The notes under the pieces: generated by a model | What the model was told of the DNA's origin: nothing | The model's input: only the letters and a program-made list of their open reading frames with translations | The model's database searches: none | Translations under genes and position numbers: made by a program | Shown: positions 12,159 to 26,291 of the stretch, one piece after another | How positions within the stretch are numbered: the stretch's first letter is position 1 | Layout: every line of letters starts with the position of its first letter | DNA from: Marsupella aquatica | Lineage: Eukaryota; Plantae; Marchantiophyta | DNA: 64,000 bases | NCBI GenBank assembly: GCA_973895155.1 | Contig: OZ316893.1 | Coordinates: forward strand, 19,658,857-19,722,856 | Direction of reading: 5' to 3'

Positions 12159-15100
12159 TCACCTCAGCAAGAACTCAATATCCTTTCCAACTTCAACGAT
12201 CTTTGCTGTAGAGGACTTCAAAGCAGCATCCACGATGCTTTTGACATCCAAATCCAGCGCAATAGCTTTGATTTGCCCCCCATGAATCTTAGAACAATTG
12301 TCAAGAAACCCACAAATAGGTAGTCTCCGAGAGAGAAATATCAAACATGATAAGGATGTGTATACAAGTGTGATTCTGCTAACGACGAAGATAGTAGCAC
12401 GACCCTGCCTCACCTTTGTCAAGCAAACAATGTAAAGTGCCCTCACGAAGGCAAAATAGTGCACGAATTGTTTGCAGAGAATGACTAGAACAAGGTGTTA
12501 AGAAAAGTTATGTGGCACGGCACCACTGCAAGCAATCAAAATACAAAAGCCACACCGTGAATGTGAATCTGCCAATGCAAATTTGCATTATGATACCCTC
12601 CCAATTCATGATGAGCAAAGTCGTACAACATTCCAATTGAAGGGGCATGCCAGAAAATCAAGTGTGTTTTCTCGTAGCACACGCAAGATGAGGATACAAG
12701 TGTTCCAAGAGCAACAAGAGCTCTGAAGTGAACATCCGCATCCATCTCTTGAGGTCCAGCCAACTGTAGAGGTTTCAGAGCAAACCGTCAAAACACGTTT
12801 GAATTGATCTGGTCGAAAACTACGTAAACTAAATAGCTTTAAAGTAGCAAACTTGAATGATATGAGAATCGATTTCAAATACATTCATCATGTTTATTTA
12901 AAAATGGGACCCAGACTTCCTAATGTGTTTGGCTTGACAAGAGCTTTTCAATTTTCTCAAGATTACGCAGATTGGATACCCTACGGAATATGACAGGTCT
13001 TAAATTGAAGAATGGAAATTCCGAAACAGCTAGACTTGTTCTATGTCCAAAACTTCAGCATTGCAATTTACATCCAGGTCCAATGTTTTCTGGGATACAA
13101 AACAGAATGGACAATCAGCCATCGAAGCGACTCCTCCACCTTGTAAAGGCCACAGATTGAAAATGAAGACATACAAATCGTAGTAGCAGAAATTTGACAC
13201 AATCATTCTAATGTTAAGCTCTTTCACGAAGAGTACACACCTCCAAAGCCGCAGAAAGAGCTTGGATTTGACCTTCCTGATCTTTAACTTCAACCTCTAG
13301 GACTGAATAGCTGCAACCCACCCATCAATGATCAGATACAAGCTGCAGAAATAAACCGGTGATCGCCAAGGAATGCCTGTTTTGCAGTGGTGAGGACAGT
13401 CGCAATTCCAAAGCATAATTCCACCCCTTTGATGTCACCTGGTAAAGGAAGTCCTACTCCATTGCTCATCCGGTGCTAAGGGTGCAAACTAGCTGCGTCA
13501 ACCAAAAGATTACTATAAAATGTTATGATGGGGTAGATAAGCATACTTCAGAACCAATGTTGCGAAGGCTAGGCGAACATTTTTGTTTGAAGAGTTGCAA
13601 CAACCAGCAAAGAGGTCCAGTACCTGCAACAAATGGAGTACACGTCACGTCACTATTGGGTAAGAAGGCTAGAGACTATTGCATACAGAAGAAAAGCACT
13701 TTGATCCCTTAAACCAACCCGAATTGTAGAGGCAGCAGCAAATTGTTAAGAACCTAAACAAAAAGGGAGTACTATAGAAATCGCATTTGCCCGCATTTAG
13801 ATGGTAAGATTTGAAAACAAAAACACAGACCTCAACCCGATGTCTGATTGTCCAATTCCTGAGAGAGGAATGTTGAAAACTATTAACAGCCACACGGCAA
13901 CTTGTTAATTGATTTGCAGCCAATACTGGAGTAGTATGGGCCCTTCGCAGAGCATCGATGATAGGGTCTGTCAATTTCAACGAACACAACGAAATTTGCA
14001 GATTAGGAGGTTGGCGCACCGTGAGGTTGAAAGTTTACAATTTCCTTCGACAAAAAACTGACGGCACTATAAATTTACGACTAATGAATCCTGGGATTCA
14101 AAACCATCCAGTCCCTAACACTAGCAACTTTCGCGAAGCACGAGGAGTGACTTGATAGTTTCTTTGGTAAGTTGAAACGAAGCAGACTGTGATGTGCAAT
14201 TTTGTCATAAATGGCCTCATCTCTAAATAAAGACGAGAATCCAGGAGCTCTACAATGCAGCAAAACAACCGGTGCTTTCAAAAAGCACTTGTATCTTTGC
14301 AGACGAGGTGAAGAAACACTGGTCCTTCACAGTTACAGTCATACAATACAGCAGAGCGAGGCGACATATAGCTCCATCTATTTAAGGAAATCAGAGACTC
14401 AATATTCAACCCAAACGAGGCCAAATGCTCACATCCATTTCTCCATGGCACAGGTCAGCCGCACAAAATTTGAAGAATGGACTAAGTAATAGTGCAACAT
14501 ACCAAGCAAAACAAACGGTGCATCAATTAATAATGGTAGAAGGCAACCCATTCAGATGAGGTGGTACCTTTTCCGCAATTAAAATCTTTAGCAAAATGTT
14601 CAGCTGCGCGTGGATGAAGTAGAAGCATTCTCAACAGATCCAGTGCTGCCCAAATGATCACAGACGGAAAAATAAGGGACGCAACGAAATTACATATTGC
14701 GTTCCCCTTAAATGAGAGTAACTTAACAGCAAGAAGTAGGAAAATTCGTAAGATTTACAAAGAACTAACTGAATATACGGCTCACGGACACACCTGGAAA
14801 AATGTACTGAATGGGCCATGCCGACAGCATTTTTGAGAGAAGATTGAAGTCTACTTCTGCAAAGGTGCTAGCATGGTAATGAGACGTGTCTTTCAAAGCT
14901 GTGAGTACGGCCTGTAGCCTCATCAGTTCTCCTTCACTAAGTGCAAATACTTTGTTGGCCTGCAACATCAGAACTACTTTCATTAGCTGGTTGCCCTCAC
15001 GGGAACGTAGCAGTGTCACTTCTACATTTAGCTGAGAGCCACGTTCCTTTAGAAGACGTGACCAAGCCCGACTGTGCAAATCGACATTCAAAGACCAAGT

Positions 15101-18100
15101 CAGTCTTTCAGCCAATTTTTTGAAAATGTACCTAGTTCATAACTTTTTTATTTTCTTTTCTTAGATTTACTTTTTCCTATCACATAGGTCATGAGTTTTC
15201 ACTGATAAAGTAAACATACCTCATCAACAGCTAGAAGCCCATTGAATTCTAGGAGCTTCTTATAAATGCCGTCATATTGAGCTGTATCAAAGAGCAAATT
15301 CCCCTTCTGGCAAAACAAGAATACTATATAAGTACAAACCTTCTTTGCAAGTGAAAAGAGACGGAACACCACTATAGCTCCACTAGATTACGCGTACCAG
15401 TTTTGAGAGCGAAAAACATCAACTGAGACTAAAAGGAGTTGATCGACGACAACCCTACCAATACTAGAGACATTCTCTGGCTGCGTGATTGGACACAGTT
15501 CAAGCGTTAGCCCTAAAACAATATGAAAAGCCCCCACTGGACCAGAACCTTAGTAAGCACAGGCTTACGTGAGCATTAAGGATCAGAGGCCCTTTCAGTT
15601 ACAAAATATCTTTAAGGAAACAGATGACTGAGAAGAACTTTCAATGAGCGAGATTACCTTCGGTAGATGCTTCAAAGTATGCAACTTGCTGTCTACCGAT
15701 GCATTTCCTTGGGCTGCAAATAGAAACAAACATATCAATTCTAATTATGCATATGCAAACAGAACTGCAAAATCCTTTGTCCGGACAACACCTAAGAATT
15801 CAGGTTCTCAACCAAAGTTGCGAAGTCATATGCTTGCACGCTTCTTTAGTGTTGGTCCCATCGCCAAATTGGATTCCTGTGAATATCAACTTCCGAATGA
15901 GAGCTTGAGACCAAGGGACACGAGTAAGTGTTCCAATGACATCTGCAAGAGACTTACGTGCTGCCCAAAATTGCTGCTGTCCCGGCACGTACGCATTGGC
16001 TGCACAGAAAAATACAATGATTGTTACTCAGGGGACGCTCGTGATGGCTGGCAAAAAATAGATCTAATTTGCCCCTAATGACAATGACATTTAACCATAT
16101 AAACTGTGATACTTTTAGATCATTCAGCTTGGGATATGGAAAAGTGGTCCTCCTCTTTTTGAGGGATCCTGTTTGTTAAGGTACAGACACTTATGAGTTG
16201 ATGCTGGAAAATATTAATTCTAGGGTCCTTAACCCACTTGAAAAAACCTACAATTTCTAAAGAGCATTGGTGGAATTCGTAAACCAGTCTTCCTGGACGG
16301 CTGACAAGGTTCAAGAAATACAAAGAGGATCTACACAACTCACTTCCTCAGCATCAGCAACCAAACCACTAATTATAAGAATCCGTGGTTTGGGGGGAAA
16401 GATTCCATTCACCCTTAAGCGGATGAGACACACAGGTGTTCACCTTCATGGAATTCAATGCCATGTGATGGAGATCTTGTATCTAACATATAACGGACCA
16501 GGACTAAAGTTTTGAGACGGTCAAAAGCATTGCATATGGACTCACAGCCAGTGTATGGATCAGAAAATGTTGGATCAAACTGTGGAACAGACTGCTGTTG
16601 CTGGCCCGTATTTTGCAGAATGAACTCTACAACTTGTTGCTTATACGCCAAAGGCAATTCCTCGTTCAAAAGCCATTGATCCGCCACATCATAAGGGTTT
16701 TCTGCAACCAAAATCGAGGCAGGTTATCAACCGCTACTCTAATCCTCCTAGTGACAGCTTAAAAACCAATTGACACTCTGATGTTCTGCTACTCCCCAAC
16801 TTAAAGTAACGACCTGTGAAGCAGCAACTTTGAAGCACGAAACCTGACACCAGGTTCCCACACGTTACCACGAACTAGTCTGAAGGTACGTCAGCAGCTT
16901 TCAAAAAACCTTCTTGGAAACACGAATCAAGATGAACAGTACCGGATGCAGCCCTTCGCTGCTAACTATGGAAGTCAAAGAAAGGTAGTCGCGAATGCCA
17001 ATTAGAGCAAACAAAGAAGTGTGGATTGTAAACACTTACGTCCGTTGTTGTAAGGAAGCTTCCGAGTGGGTTCACCATCCCCAATGTCGACATCAAATAC
17101 TGTACAACGTACAATGACACTCCAATTATGAACTATACTTCCATTTTGAATGTAGACAATAGCTAGGAACGATCTCACATTTTTAATATCTTTCTTACTT
17201 GAAGATGCACTTTCAATAAAAAAGGAAAGAGAGGAATTCGTGATTTTTACTTAGTTGGAGATACCATCCCTTTACCACTGAGAGAGTATCAGATCGAATC
17301 ATGTAGAGGAAGATTATAGCAGAAAAAACTTGTAACAGGGAAAAACTCAATATCATAATACTAAAAATTCGATGAATTACCCGTTTTACTAAAAGATAAA
17401 GTATGGGTGAATCTGAAAGTAGACGAAATTTGGTAGCTCCAATCCCAAATAGTGAGCTCTCAATCAAATTTCAACGAAAGAGGAACAAGCCCAAAGTTTA
17501 TCATTACATGCATTGCAGAGTATATATATCACTCGGATGACTACAATACGAAAAAGACATACCATAATCGTACGAGATACCATTCAGGGTCTTCTTTTGT
17601 ACGCTGTCGTCGGGCCCATCAACGACTTCCCCAATCTGAAGTTAGAGCATTTATGAAAAACGGAAGCCCATAAGATAGAGTGGAAATGTATGAAAGAGTT
17701 TAAAACCTGTAGAAGGATAAAATTATGGTAACGAATTGCTCCGCCACTTGCCATAAATGACTTCTTGTTCAAGTAAATCCATGTTACAGATGTGGACAAA
17801 ACGGATTAAATGAGCGTGCGCACATGTACAATTTACGTTTTGAATGTAAAAGTTAGTTTCGGATCCAAAGTTGCGGGGAAGAGTGCAGATGCTTGACCCT
17901 AATCTATGACTAACGAAAAATTCCAAGCCAGACTGAGTGGCCAGGGACGCAGGCAAGAAAACGGGAAGCAAAACCAGAATAAACTTACCTTGTCCCATTT
18001 GAATTCCTTCTTGTTCCATGAGTAAGCTACTCCACTGTCTCCTTCCCTTACAATTTTGGTTTGTCCGTCCTTTGTACCTGTTAGATCCCCCACACCACGA

Positions 18101-21100
18101 TTCACTCCAACAAGAATTAATATTAGTTCATTCAAATATCCCTCTATAGACGTGGCTTTCAAGAGCATACAAAGGTTTGAAGGAGATGAGTAATTAAATA
18201 ACTTCTAGTGTAACCAAGCGATGACGTTGCAAAGTAACACATCGAGAGTGCAGAAGAAATACCAGGCTGCTGCAATGCCTCCAAGCCTGGCAAATCTCCC
18301 ACCTTCACACCTCCCACTTTCTTTCTAGAAAGGCAATGAAAAACGTGCCAAAACTGTAAGAATTCGTTGCCCTCTTAAAGGGTGTGTACTTCTGTGGCGA
18401 GGAATACTGAACAACATTCAACTCAATAAATAAGGTTCCAATTCTACAGTCTCAAAACGCTCAAGAATTGCTACAAGAATTTTACATCTGATAGGGGATC
18501 GATCGGAGACATACGTGTCAAGTACGTGCGCTCGAAGCAAAGCTTCATAAGATTCCAACTCCTCAGAAACAGCGTATTGTTTGGGGTCCAGTGTCCAGAC
18601 TCTAGCAACACCATCTGAACATGCTGTGACTAGGTCACCATTCGGTAAAAATTTAACATCCCATACACAGCCTGGGTGCTCTATACTTTGCACACATTCT
18701 CCTCCTGCAAATTCATCGCCAGCAATCCAGTTGATTGACACTGTCAACAAGACAATTTACCATATGTGCTGTCTTTCTATAAGGTGGGTAGTTACACCAG
18801 GGAAGAACCAGATAGAGAAAGAATAATTCGTGGAATGTTACAGGGTGGAGCTGATTGCCCACAATGGGCAGAACTATCACATTACAGAAATTTCAAGAGA
18901 AAGGTGTTAAGGGCTCTCGACTATGGTGATAGTTGGCAAACCTTTCCAAATTTTAGTAAAACGATCCTCACTTCCAGATGCCACCAGACCAGAAGAGTGA
19001 GCTGCCACGGAGTATACTAAAGCAGTGTGTCCCACCATCTCTAGAAGTTGCTCTCCTGTGATCGCCCAAAGCCTTACAGAACTGCACTACCAATTGCAGA
19101 GAGGGGTTTAGTCAATAAGGGCTTGTAGAACCTTTTCTAAGTGACATCACAGGTTTCGTCATTGATCCTATGGAATTTCCTTGGAACCGTCCTTCCGACG
19201 GTAACAGATTAACAATGTGCATCATGAGGATGTTCATAAAATCTCAACATCAACGGAACTACGACGCCTCCAGAGTAGTTGCCACCAGAACAAACATGGG
19301 TGAACAAATCCTGTAATCCACTAGGAATTTCATGAATCGCTTCAGGAATAAGCGAGAGCATGCAACCTACAGAATTCCCATGTTCTACAGCAGGCCCAGC
19401 AACCTGAGCACAAGAAAAACAGCAAGAGAAAACCAGTAAAGGCACTCCTACGCATTGATATTGTGCAGAGGTTGGGGGTTGAAAGGTATCAGAATAATTC
19501 ACACCCGTCATGAGAGGCAGATAAAATCCCAACATTCGGCATTATTGAAAGACCACGGACAGTATCTGAAAGCCAGTTTGATGGAAAACATGAATTAATG
19601 CATCATTCACACGCAGTATGATAGCGCAAATTTTTTCGATTGTTTGAAAATAATCTGAGACTGTTTCTAATATGATACACAAAACAATTTCTGCAAGGAT
19701 CCAACGTTCATTACATTGGAACGAACTTTGGGAACGGGGTGTGGCTTAAAACAATGATATGAAAGTTTGATGGATAAAAGGGTTGAATGGCCCTTTTAAA
19801 TCTTCCAGCCAAACTCCACAAGGGTGATCATCAAAGCTATACTTCCCCTCCAAATTCATTTGGACATTCCAAGCGGTACAGCTTGTATCAGTGTCCGCAA
19901 GTCTAACCTCTAGTCTTTTACTGCCCGGACAATTTTCCAATGCACTGGCCAGAGACTGCACTTCAACGCTACTGCCGAGGCACCCATTTTTATCGTTCAT
20001 GACAAATTTCCTCATAAGATTCGACATGTAATCTTATACATGGGACACCCCCCATTGCAAAACATGCTTTGGGTCATCATTTTAAGTGGAGGAGCCCCAT
20101 CCTGCGTGCATTTGTCGGGGTAAACGAACGATGAGAGAAAGAAAGGACGGCCCACCTGTGTGCCCTGAGAACGTAGCAACACATGATGCTCCTCTCCAAA
20201 GCTTTATAGTTGTGTCACTTGAGCCTGAGACTCCATCAAGGTTGACACGTGAGCAACCATAGCGAGACACAAACCCACAATACTCTTACTTAAGACCAGG
20301 CGTACCACTCCCGAGTTGAGCATTCCTCGATATCCGAGACCAGTCTCAAATTAGTTTGCACTATTTACCAGGGAGTAGATAACAGTTTTTGCCGTCAAAT
20401 CTTGAACAGAATAATTTCATATTACATGACCAATTACCGAGAAGGGCTTCTCCCAAGGTAGTATAACCGGATGCTGCCTTATGGCTTGGTTATGTCTATC
20501 ATTCACAGATAATTAGGCAGTATACAGGAAACATACCTGTCACAACCTCGCCAGTCGGCAGCGTAAGAACTGCTTGAACAGGTCCTTGATGCCCCCTCAA
20601 AACGTCCAGAATGTGGCCCTTACGCCATCTTCTTACAGTACTGCAAGTAATATATACCAAGCAAAGGCCCCATCACACTTAAAATTATATTGTGGAAAGG
20701 TTAAACCATTATGAATAGAAAGACAACAATGGGGACAGGGCTAATGATCAAAACAGGGACAGAATAAAAACTTGGCGAAATTCACTAGTAATCGTTTGTA
20801 TATTTTTTTACGTGATACGTCCCAACGTGATGGAATCAATATGACAAGAGGACAAAGGTCAAAGAAGAAACATTGAGGACATCCCCAAAATTACTGTTAA
20901 ATGAGAGACTGTACTCCAAGGGAAATGCAAGAGCATCCATGTATTCGTCCATATGGTGCAAGATACTATGAGTAACATTGCGTAGATAATTTATCTTAGA
21001 TTGATATTATAGCTACATTCAATCAATGCTCCTCCTCTCTTTGAACGAAGTTATCTCCAAGGCTAATTTTGCAGCCAGATTTGTGGCAAGAAAATACCTG

Positions 21101-22048
21101 TCTACTGAGGCAGAGAGAAAATCCCCATTATCCTCCACTGCAACGCTTGTGACTTGGAGCTCGTGGCCTCTTAAATCCTGGACTGCCGAGCAAGTTTCTA
21201 AGTTCCAAACTATCACACGAGTGTCCATTCCCCCTGAAACTAGCCCTCCACTGGGGAGCTCCTCTGAAGGTGGAATCCAGCTTACAGGTCCTACAAAGCT
21301 TGTGTGACCAACTAGGGTTTTTCCCAAAACATATCCAACTTTGTCGCCCTCTGTGGGATACCAACAGCGAACGGACTTGTCTCTTGATCCCGTGGCGATA
21401 CCATTGTCACCAAATATACACAAGCCGCGCACCTGAGAGAATTAAAAAACAATTCCACATATTAACATGGATACGCCTACCAAAGGCAAGGACAGGGAGC
21501 CAGCAGACTTTGAGAAACAACAAGAAACAAGGAACGAGTCTACTCGATAAAATTTCTTGTCGGGCGGGCCACAGGTACTTGCAATTCATGTTAGGCACGA
21601 GAAAGATGTTCGCAGTGGATATACTAACATTCGCTCTAACGCCATGGAGTACACATTAAGGTCTAGGGACCTGAATTGCGTCAATTTAATGTGACTATCT
21701 GAAATTGCTTAAGAAACTACTAGTCCGAACTGAACACAAAACGAACATAGAGATTGCGCGTAGAAGTCGACATAAAGCAACACGCGCGAGAGCTTTCCTT
21801 TGAGGAGACAAATTCAGGCAACTAATGTGGTAACGAAAGGCAGGGAGCATCCCATGCGCATCCAAATATGTTCATGTTTTTTTCGTCTCGAAACAGAACA
21901 TGCAAACGAAGTGCCGTGCACAAAAAATAAATATGAAATAAACGACGCTTACATCTTCCTCGTGGCCCTTAAGCTGGCACCGAAGCTTATACTGCGCGTC
22001 GTCCCTCGTCATCTGCGATTGTCCGGTCAATCCCAACATTCCCAACAT
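12159..22048 (-). CDS. PLAA: Phospholipase A2-activating protein / DOA1 / UFD3 (WD40 + PFU + PUL; CDC48-ubiquitin adaptor); 22 exons
   Basis: Exons (-): 22048 (or 22012)-21953, 21432-21098, 20640-20537, 20224-20156, 19565-19505, 19081-18942, 18704-18515, 18324-18263, 18077-17989, 17635-17563, 17099-17040, 16701-16546, 15999-15958, 15713-15658, 15306-15220, 14959-14794, 14645-14568, 13967-13831, 13623-13547, 13310-13241, 12763-12698, 12287-12159. Motifs: YKLRCQLKGHEEDVR, GSRDKSVR, HPGCVWD, WDKIGEVVD, YDYVFDVDIGDG..KLPYN (PFU), FPALDLLR and FRALVALGTL (PUL). Confidence 0.95.
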
Positions 22049-22449
22049 CGTCAAGAAATTTCGTATCGCGGAGGGAGAATCAAGTTTGCAGTGCACGGTC
22101 TACCTTAGTCCAAAATTTCAAGGCAAAGCGATGGAGAGCAGGTAGAAGACCACGCAAGCAAAACCTCATACCAAGCCTGAATCCTTCACGAATTCCGTGT
22201 GAACGGGAGTAAAATTGGGATCGTCGTTGTCGCTGAATTGTCAAGAGTGAAGACCGGACTCGGATTACTCTATGCCTGAATAGGAGAGGAATCCTTGCCC
22301 AATTCTGCTTACTAGGGTACGAACTGTAGTGTAGCCCGTTCGCTAATCTATCAACTGCAGACTGAATCTAAAAATCCTGATTATGTCGCAATGTTGAGGA
22401 GCATGAAGAGTGTATGACGAGAAATCGCGTTACGAATTGAATCGAACTC

Positions 22450-23284
22450 GTCTCGCTCTAAGTGCAGACTTCGTAAGTGCAAATCCTGGGTAACTGCAAG
22501 ACTTATGTTCTTCCCTTTTTGTCCCACCGAGTTTGCGTTGCTCGTCTCTCTCTAAGTGCAAACTTCGTAAGTGCAAAACTTGGGTAACTGCAAGACTCCT
22601 TGTTCTTCCCTTTTTGTCCCACCGAGTTTGCATTGCTTGTCTCGGTCTAAGTGCAGACTTCGTAAGTGCAAAACTTGGGTAACTGTACGACTTCATATTC
22701 TTCCCTTTTTGTCCCACCTAGTTTGCATTGCTTTTGCACCTTTTGTAATTGCAAACGTTTATATATCAACCTGCACAAGAACAAGATGATGCACCCAAAC
22801 CGGAAACTAGATCCCATAGGAGAAAGACACAATGAATGGGAGGCTGGCAAAGAGTCCAGGAGGCCCAAAGGACCCATACAGGAGCCAAGCACCAAACCAG
22901 CAAAAGCAAAGGGCCTAGAGCCCAGGCAAACAGGCAAACAAAAGGATATAGATAAACAAGTTTAGAAGCCCAACCCATTCATAATTGCACATTGTGCACA
23001 ATTCCATAAACTGCACTTATTGATAAGTGCATGGCTCTTTTTGCAGAGTAAAATTTGCACTTACACAGTAGGGGACCAAAATTAAGAGCAAGGATATACA
23101 ATTTAGGGTGGGAGTATGGAGGCTATTCACAGACTTAGGATGATTACACATTTAACAAAGAGGTGTAAACCATACACTTGTTGATAGATGCACAATTTCA
23201 TGTTTTTGGACTTAGCATGCAATGCAAACCCATGTTATGTGTGCACAGGATACCTCTTCCCAGAGTGTGCACTTAGAGAGAGAC
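22450..23284. mobile_element. Non-autonomous TIR element rich in TAAGTGCA/TGCACTTA motifs, with an internal ~95-bp x3 repeat
   Basis: Left end GTCTCGCTCTAAGTGCA (22450) and right end TGCACTTAGAGAGAGAC (to 23284) form a 17-bp inverted repeat with 1 mismatch. Tandem units start at 22458, 22552 and 22647. No TSD is evident. Confidence 0.6.
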
Positions 23285-24199
23285 ATATGTACTGTAGACT
23301 GATGACAAAAGACTTCTCTTCTTGACTACCTTTGGACCACTCCAGCTGCTTTGGTCATCTCCCTCCCGTTGTACTGCAGAGACATGTGTTGCACCCTCAC
23401 TCAAACTTCAGGGAATTGAAATGCACTTGTGGTACCCTAATGCTAATCTAGAGGGAGGTTGTTAATTAGTCATCCATATCAATGAAGTTCAGCGACCAAA
23501 CACATCCTAGTGTTTCAACAGAACACATCATAATGTTTTAATTAGTAGAACATATTCTTTTACAAGAGTCGTAGAACTTGACTACCCTAACACTTAGTTT
23601 CGGCATCGCTGACTGACGTCAAGCTCCTTGATAGTCCAAGCCTCTGAAACAGTCATTTAATTGGTGGGGACTATGTATGAGGAGACTAGTGGACAACGAA
23701 AAGTTGCACTAGCAAGGGCAAGGCGCTAAGCTGGTGACGCACATTAAAGGCTTAGACTAGCTTGGAGCTAGTCGGGTCATGGGAAAGGTCAGGCTTTGGG
23801 TGGACCATGCGGATCTCCGGACAAACTTTGGGTTCTGAGGCCCTCTCATCTACTCCTCTTCTTTCTCATCAGGCCGTCGTCAATCGCTCCCTTAATTCCT
23901 CCTCTCCCTTCCTCCCTCCCTCTCGCTCTCCTCCCTTCTTCTTGACTGTCTCCTCGAGTGTGCAACAGCAGCATTCAGGCAATCTCCCGCTTTCCACGGT
24001 GTTCGCAATTGAGTGCTACATGAAATGCAACCATTGCTCCGGTACAATAGCTGTGAACTGACTCCGCCCGATTATTGGTAACTCCTCCCGTAACCCGGAT
24101 TGTGAAGGTAGTATTCACATCCTGCGAAAGAAGTACTTACGGTCGTATGTATATTCCATGTACAGTCCGTCGGAGTACAGACCTATTGATAATGATACC

Positions 24200-24492
24200 T
24201 GTTAGGTATTGCTCTTAGTCTTGTGACTCTTGAGCTAACCACAGTTAGGCTAACTCAGGTTAGGACTTAGCTAAGGTTAGCGGTAGTGTTGTTGTGTATA
24301 TAGCCAGGGCTTGTGCCAGTCCCTAGTGGATTTTCAGTTCATTGTTGGAGTTGAGCAAGAGAGAGGTAAAGGTCTCTTGCTTTCCCGTGGACGTAGCCTC
24401 GGTCATGAGGTGAACCACGTACTCGCTGTGTCGACTACTTTGTATGGTGTTCACATGTGCATGGTGTCTCGGGATAGGGATTATCCCCAACA
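24200..24492 (+). mobile_element. Solo LTR, Ty1/copia type (293 bp)
   Basis: TGTT...AACA termini; 5-bp TSD ATACC (24195-24199 and 24493-24497); internal TATA-like GTATATAG; CCCGTGGACGTAG...GTGAACCACGTA motif typical of plant copia LTRs. Confidence 0.88.
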
Positions 24493-25963
24493 ATACCAAC
24501 GGTGGGTATACCGTAGGATGCTACAAACAATGCATACCGTAGTATTTCAGAGTCTCTGCCATTGTAGATACACTCGAGTCTGGCCCCTAAAGTAAGGCAC
24601 AGTCCCATTACTGTGGTGGGATTGCTTAGACCAGGACACTCATACCCCAATACTGGGTTACTACAATAGGTTCCAGCCTGATTACCAGTAATTTGAAATT
24701 TGAATGTAAATATAGATGGAGAAAGAAAAAAAATTGCAAAACAAAGATGCTCTTATTCACCTTTGCCTCTATCCTTCTTTTGTTCCACCTTCATTTCTAT
24801 TGTGTGTTTATTTAGAGTCACTCTTAGTTTGTAGTCAATGTCAATTTTGTTAATCATTTGCTCTCATAGCTTTTACTTTGGTACACTTCCGTTTTTCAGT
24901 TTTGTCCTATTGAGTCATTCAAAGTGGCTTAAGTGTGCCAAGAGAGGCATGATTTTGTGGTAACTCACTTGAGTAGTCCGTGGGGTTTCACAGGTTTCCA
25001 TTTTTAAAAACAAAGACACTGCCCTTGAAAGTATCTTTGCATTGCCATATCACCCAATCCCTATGAGAAATCTGGGTCGTATGCCCAAAACCCTAAAACC
25101 AATCTCGCATTACTACCATTTGATATTTTGGGGGTTGATAGAAGTGTGTGTTTTAGAACTATGGTTGGCTGAACTATAGTTGTATTTCGAGCTCTACTGG
25201 ATGCAATCGTCATTGTTTGGTGTCAATTCTGCGAATTTCCTTTCCATTGCTGTTTCTCTGGAGTTTTCAGAGATGCTACTGCATATTATATTGATGAAAC
25301 TGGTTGTAAAGATAGGATACAAGTTTTTAGTCCTTGCAGTGATGAACGCTGATATTCTTGTTGGTCTGTGCAGCATAAGACACTTACCAACTCATGTGCT
25401 GGGACTATTGAGGCTTAGATATATTGGCCAAATTATTTACCTGGCCAAATCCAGGTGCAGGGCACTAAAGAGCAACGATTAATCCAGATGCATCTGTATG
25501 AACAATAGTCCCGACAAGTCGAGTTATAATATTCACATTTCAGAACATTCATGGATCATCTTTCTGACGTCCGTATCTGGTACACTTGCCTATCAATCTG
25601 ATTGAAAATGCAATCCATGCAAGAGGAAAGCAGACATCTTTCATCCTCACTGGGGAACGCGTGAGCAATAACGTTCCCCTATAGTGGTCAGTAAGTTGGT
25701 TGACCGATCCAAAACTTTGGCGGTGGACCTTGTACTGTAGCTAGACATTTGCAGCTCGGGACCTAGAGGTGCAATTGTGCTCTATTTGTAAACATAATGT
25801 TTCCCACGGATAGATTGAGGTTGTTTACTCACGCTCCTACTGTAGTTTTCGTTCGAGTTCCCAAGCCTGATCAATACGACGAGAACTTTTAACCCAGGCC
25901 ACAACCTCTTGTCTTCTTTGGCCATTGGTAATTTTTGCTCATTGGACTGGGAAATGATACTTT

Positions 25964-26291
25964 CTTTCTGTCTTGAACGGAAATGGGGAGGAAATACAAT
26001 TAGACTCCCCCCACCCCAATGTGACAGTTTTTCTGTAAGGAACCCAGACCAGGGTGAGCCCCACCGGATCCAACAAGGACCCGCACCAAGAAGGAGAGAG
26101 GATTACATCAGGGCCACAAAGTGGGCAACCAGGGGTCGAGCAGATAATCAGAACTCCAATCCACTACCCATAAAACCCATCCCGCCCACACACATATACC
26201 CTCCACACCCTAGTGTGTGGAGGGGGGATTGAACCTGGGACCTCTCAGTTCCAGGAAAATCCCCTAGCCAATTGACGTAAGCCAATTGGTT
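25964..26291 (-). mobile_element. tRNA-derived SINE, copy 1
   Basis: Pol III A-box-like TGGCTTACGTCAATTGG and B-box GGTTCAATCC on the minus strand; 13-bp TSD GAAATGATACTTT (25951-25963 and 26292-26304); homologous to 61849-62252 and 33110-33465. Confidence 0.85.

Noticed and set aside
26215-26291. Functional tRNA gene
   Set aside because: No complete cloverleaf; it is the head of a TSD-flanked SINE.
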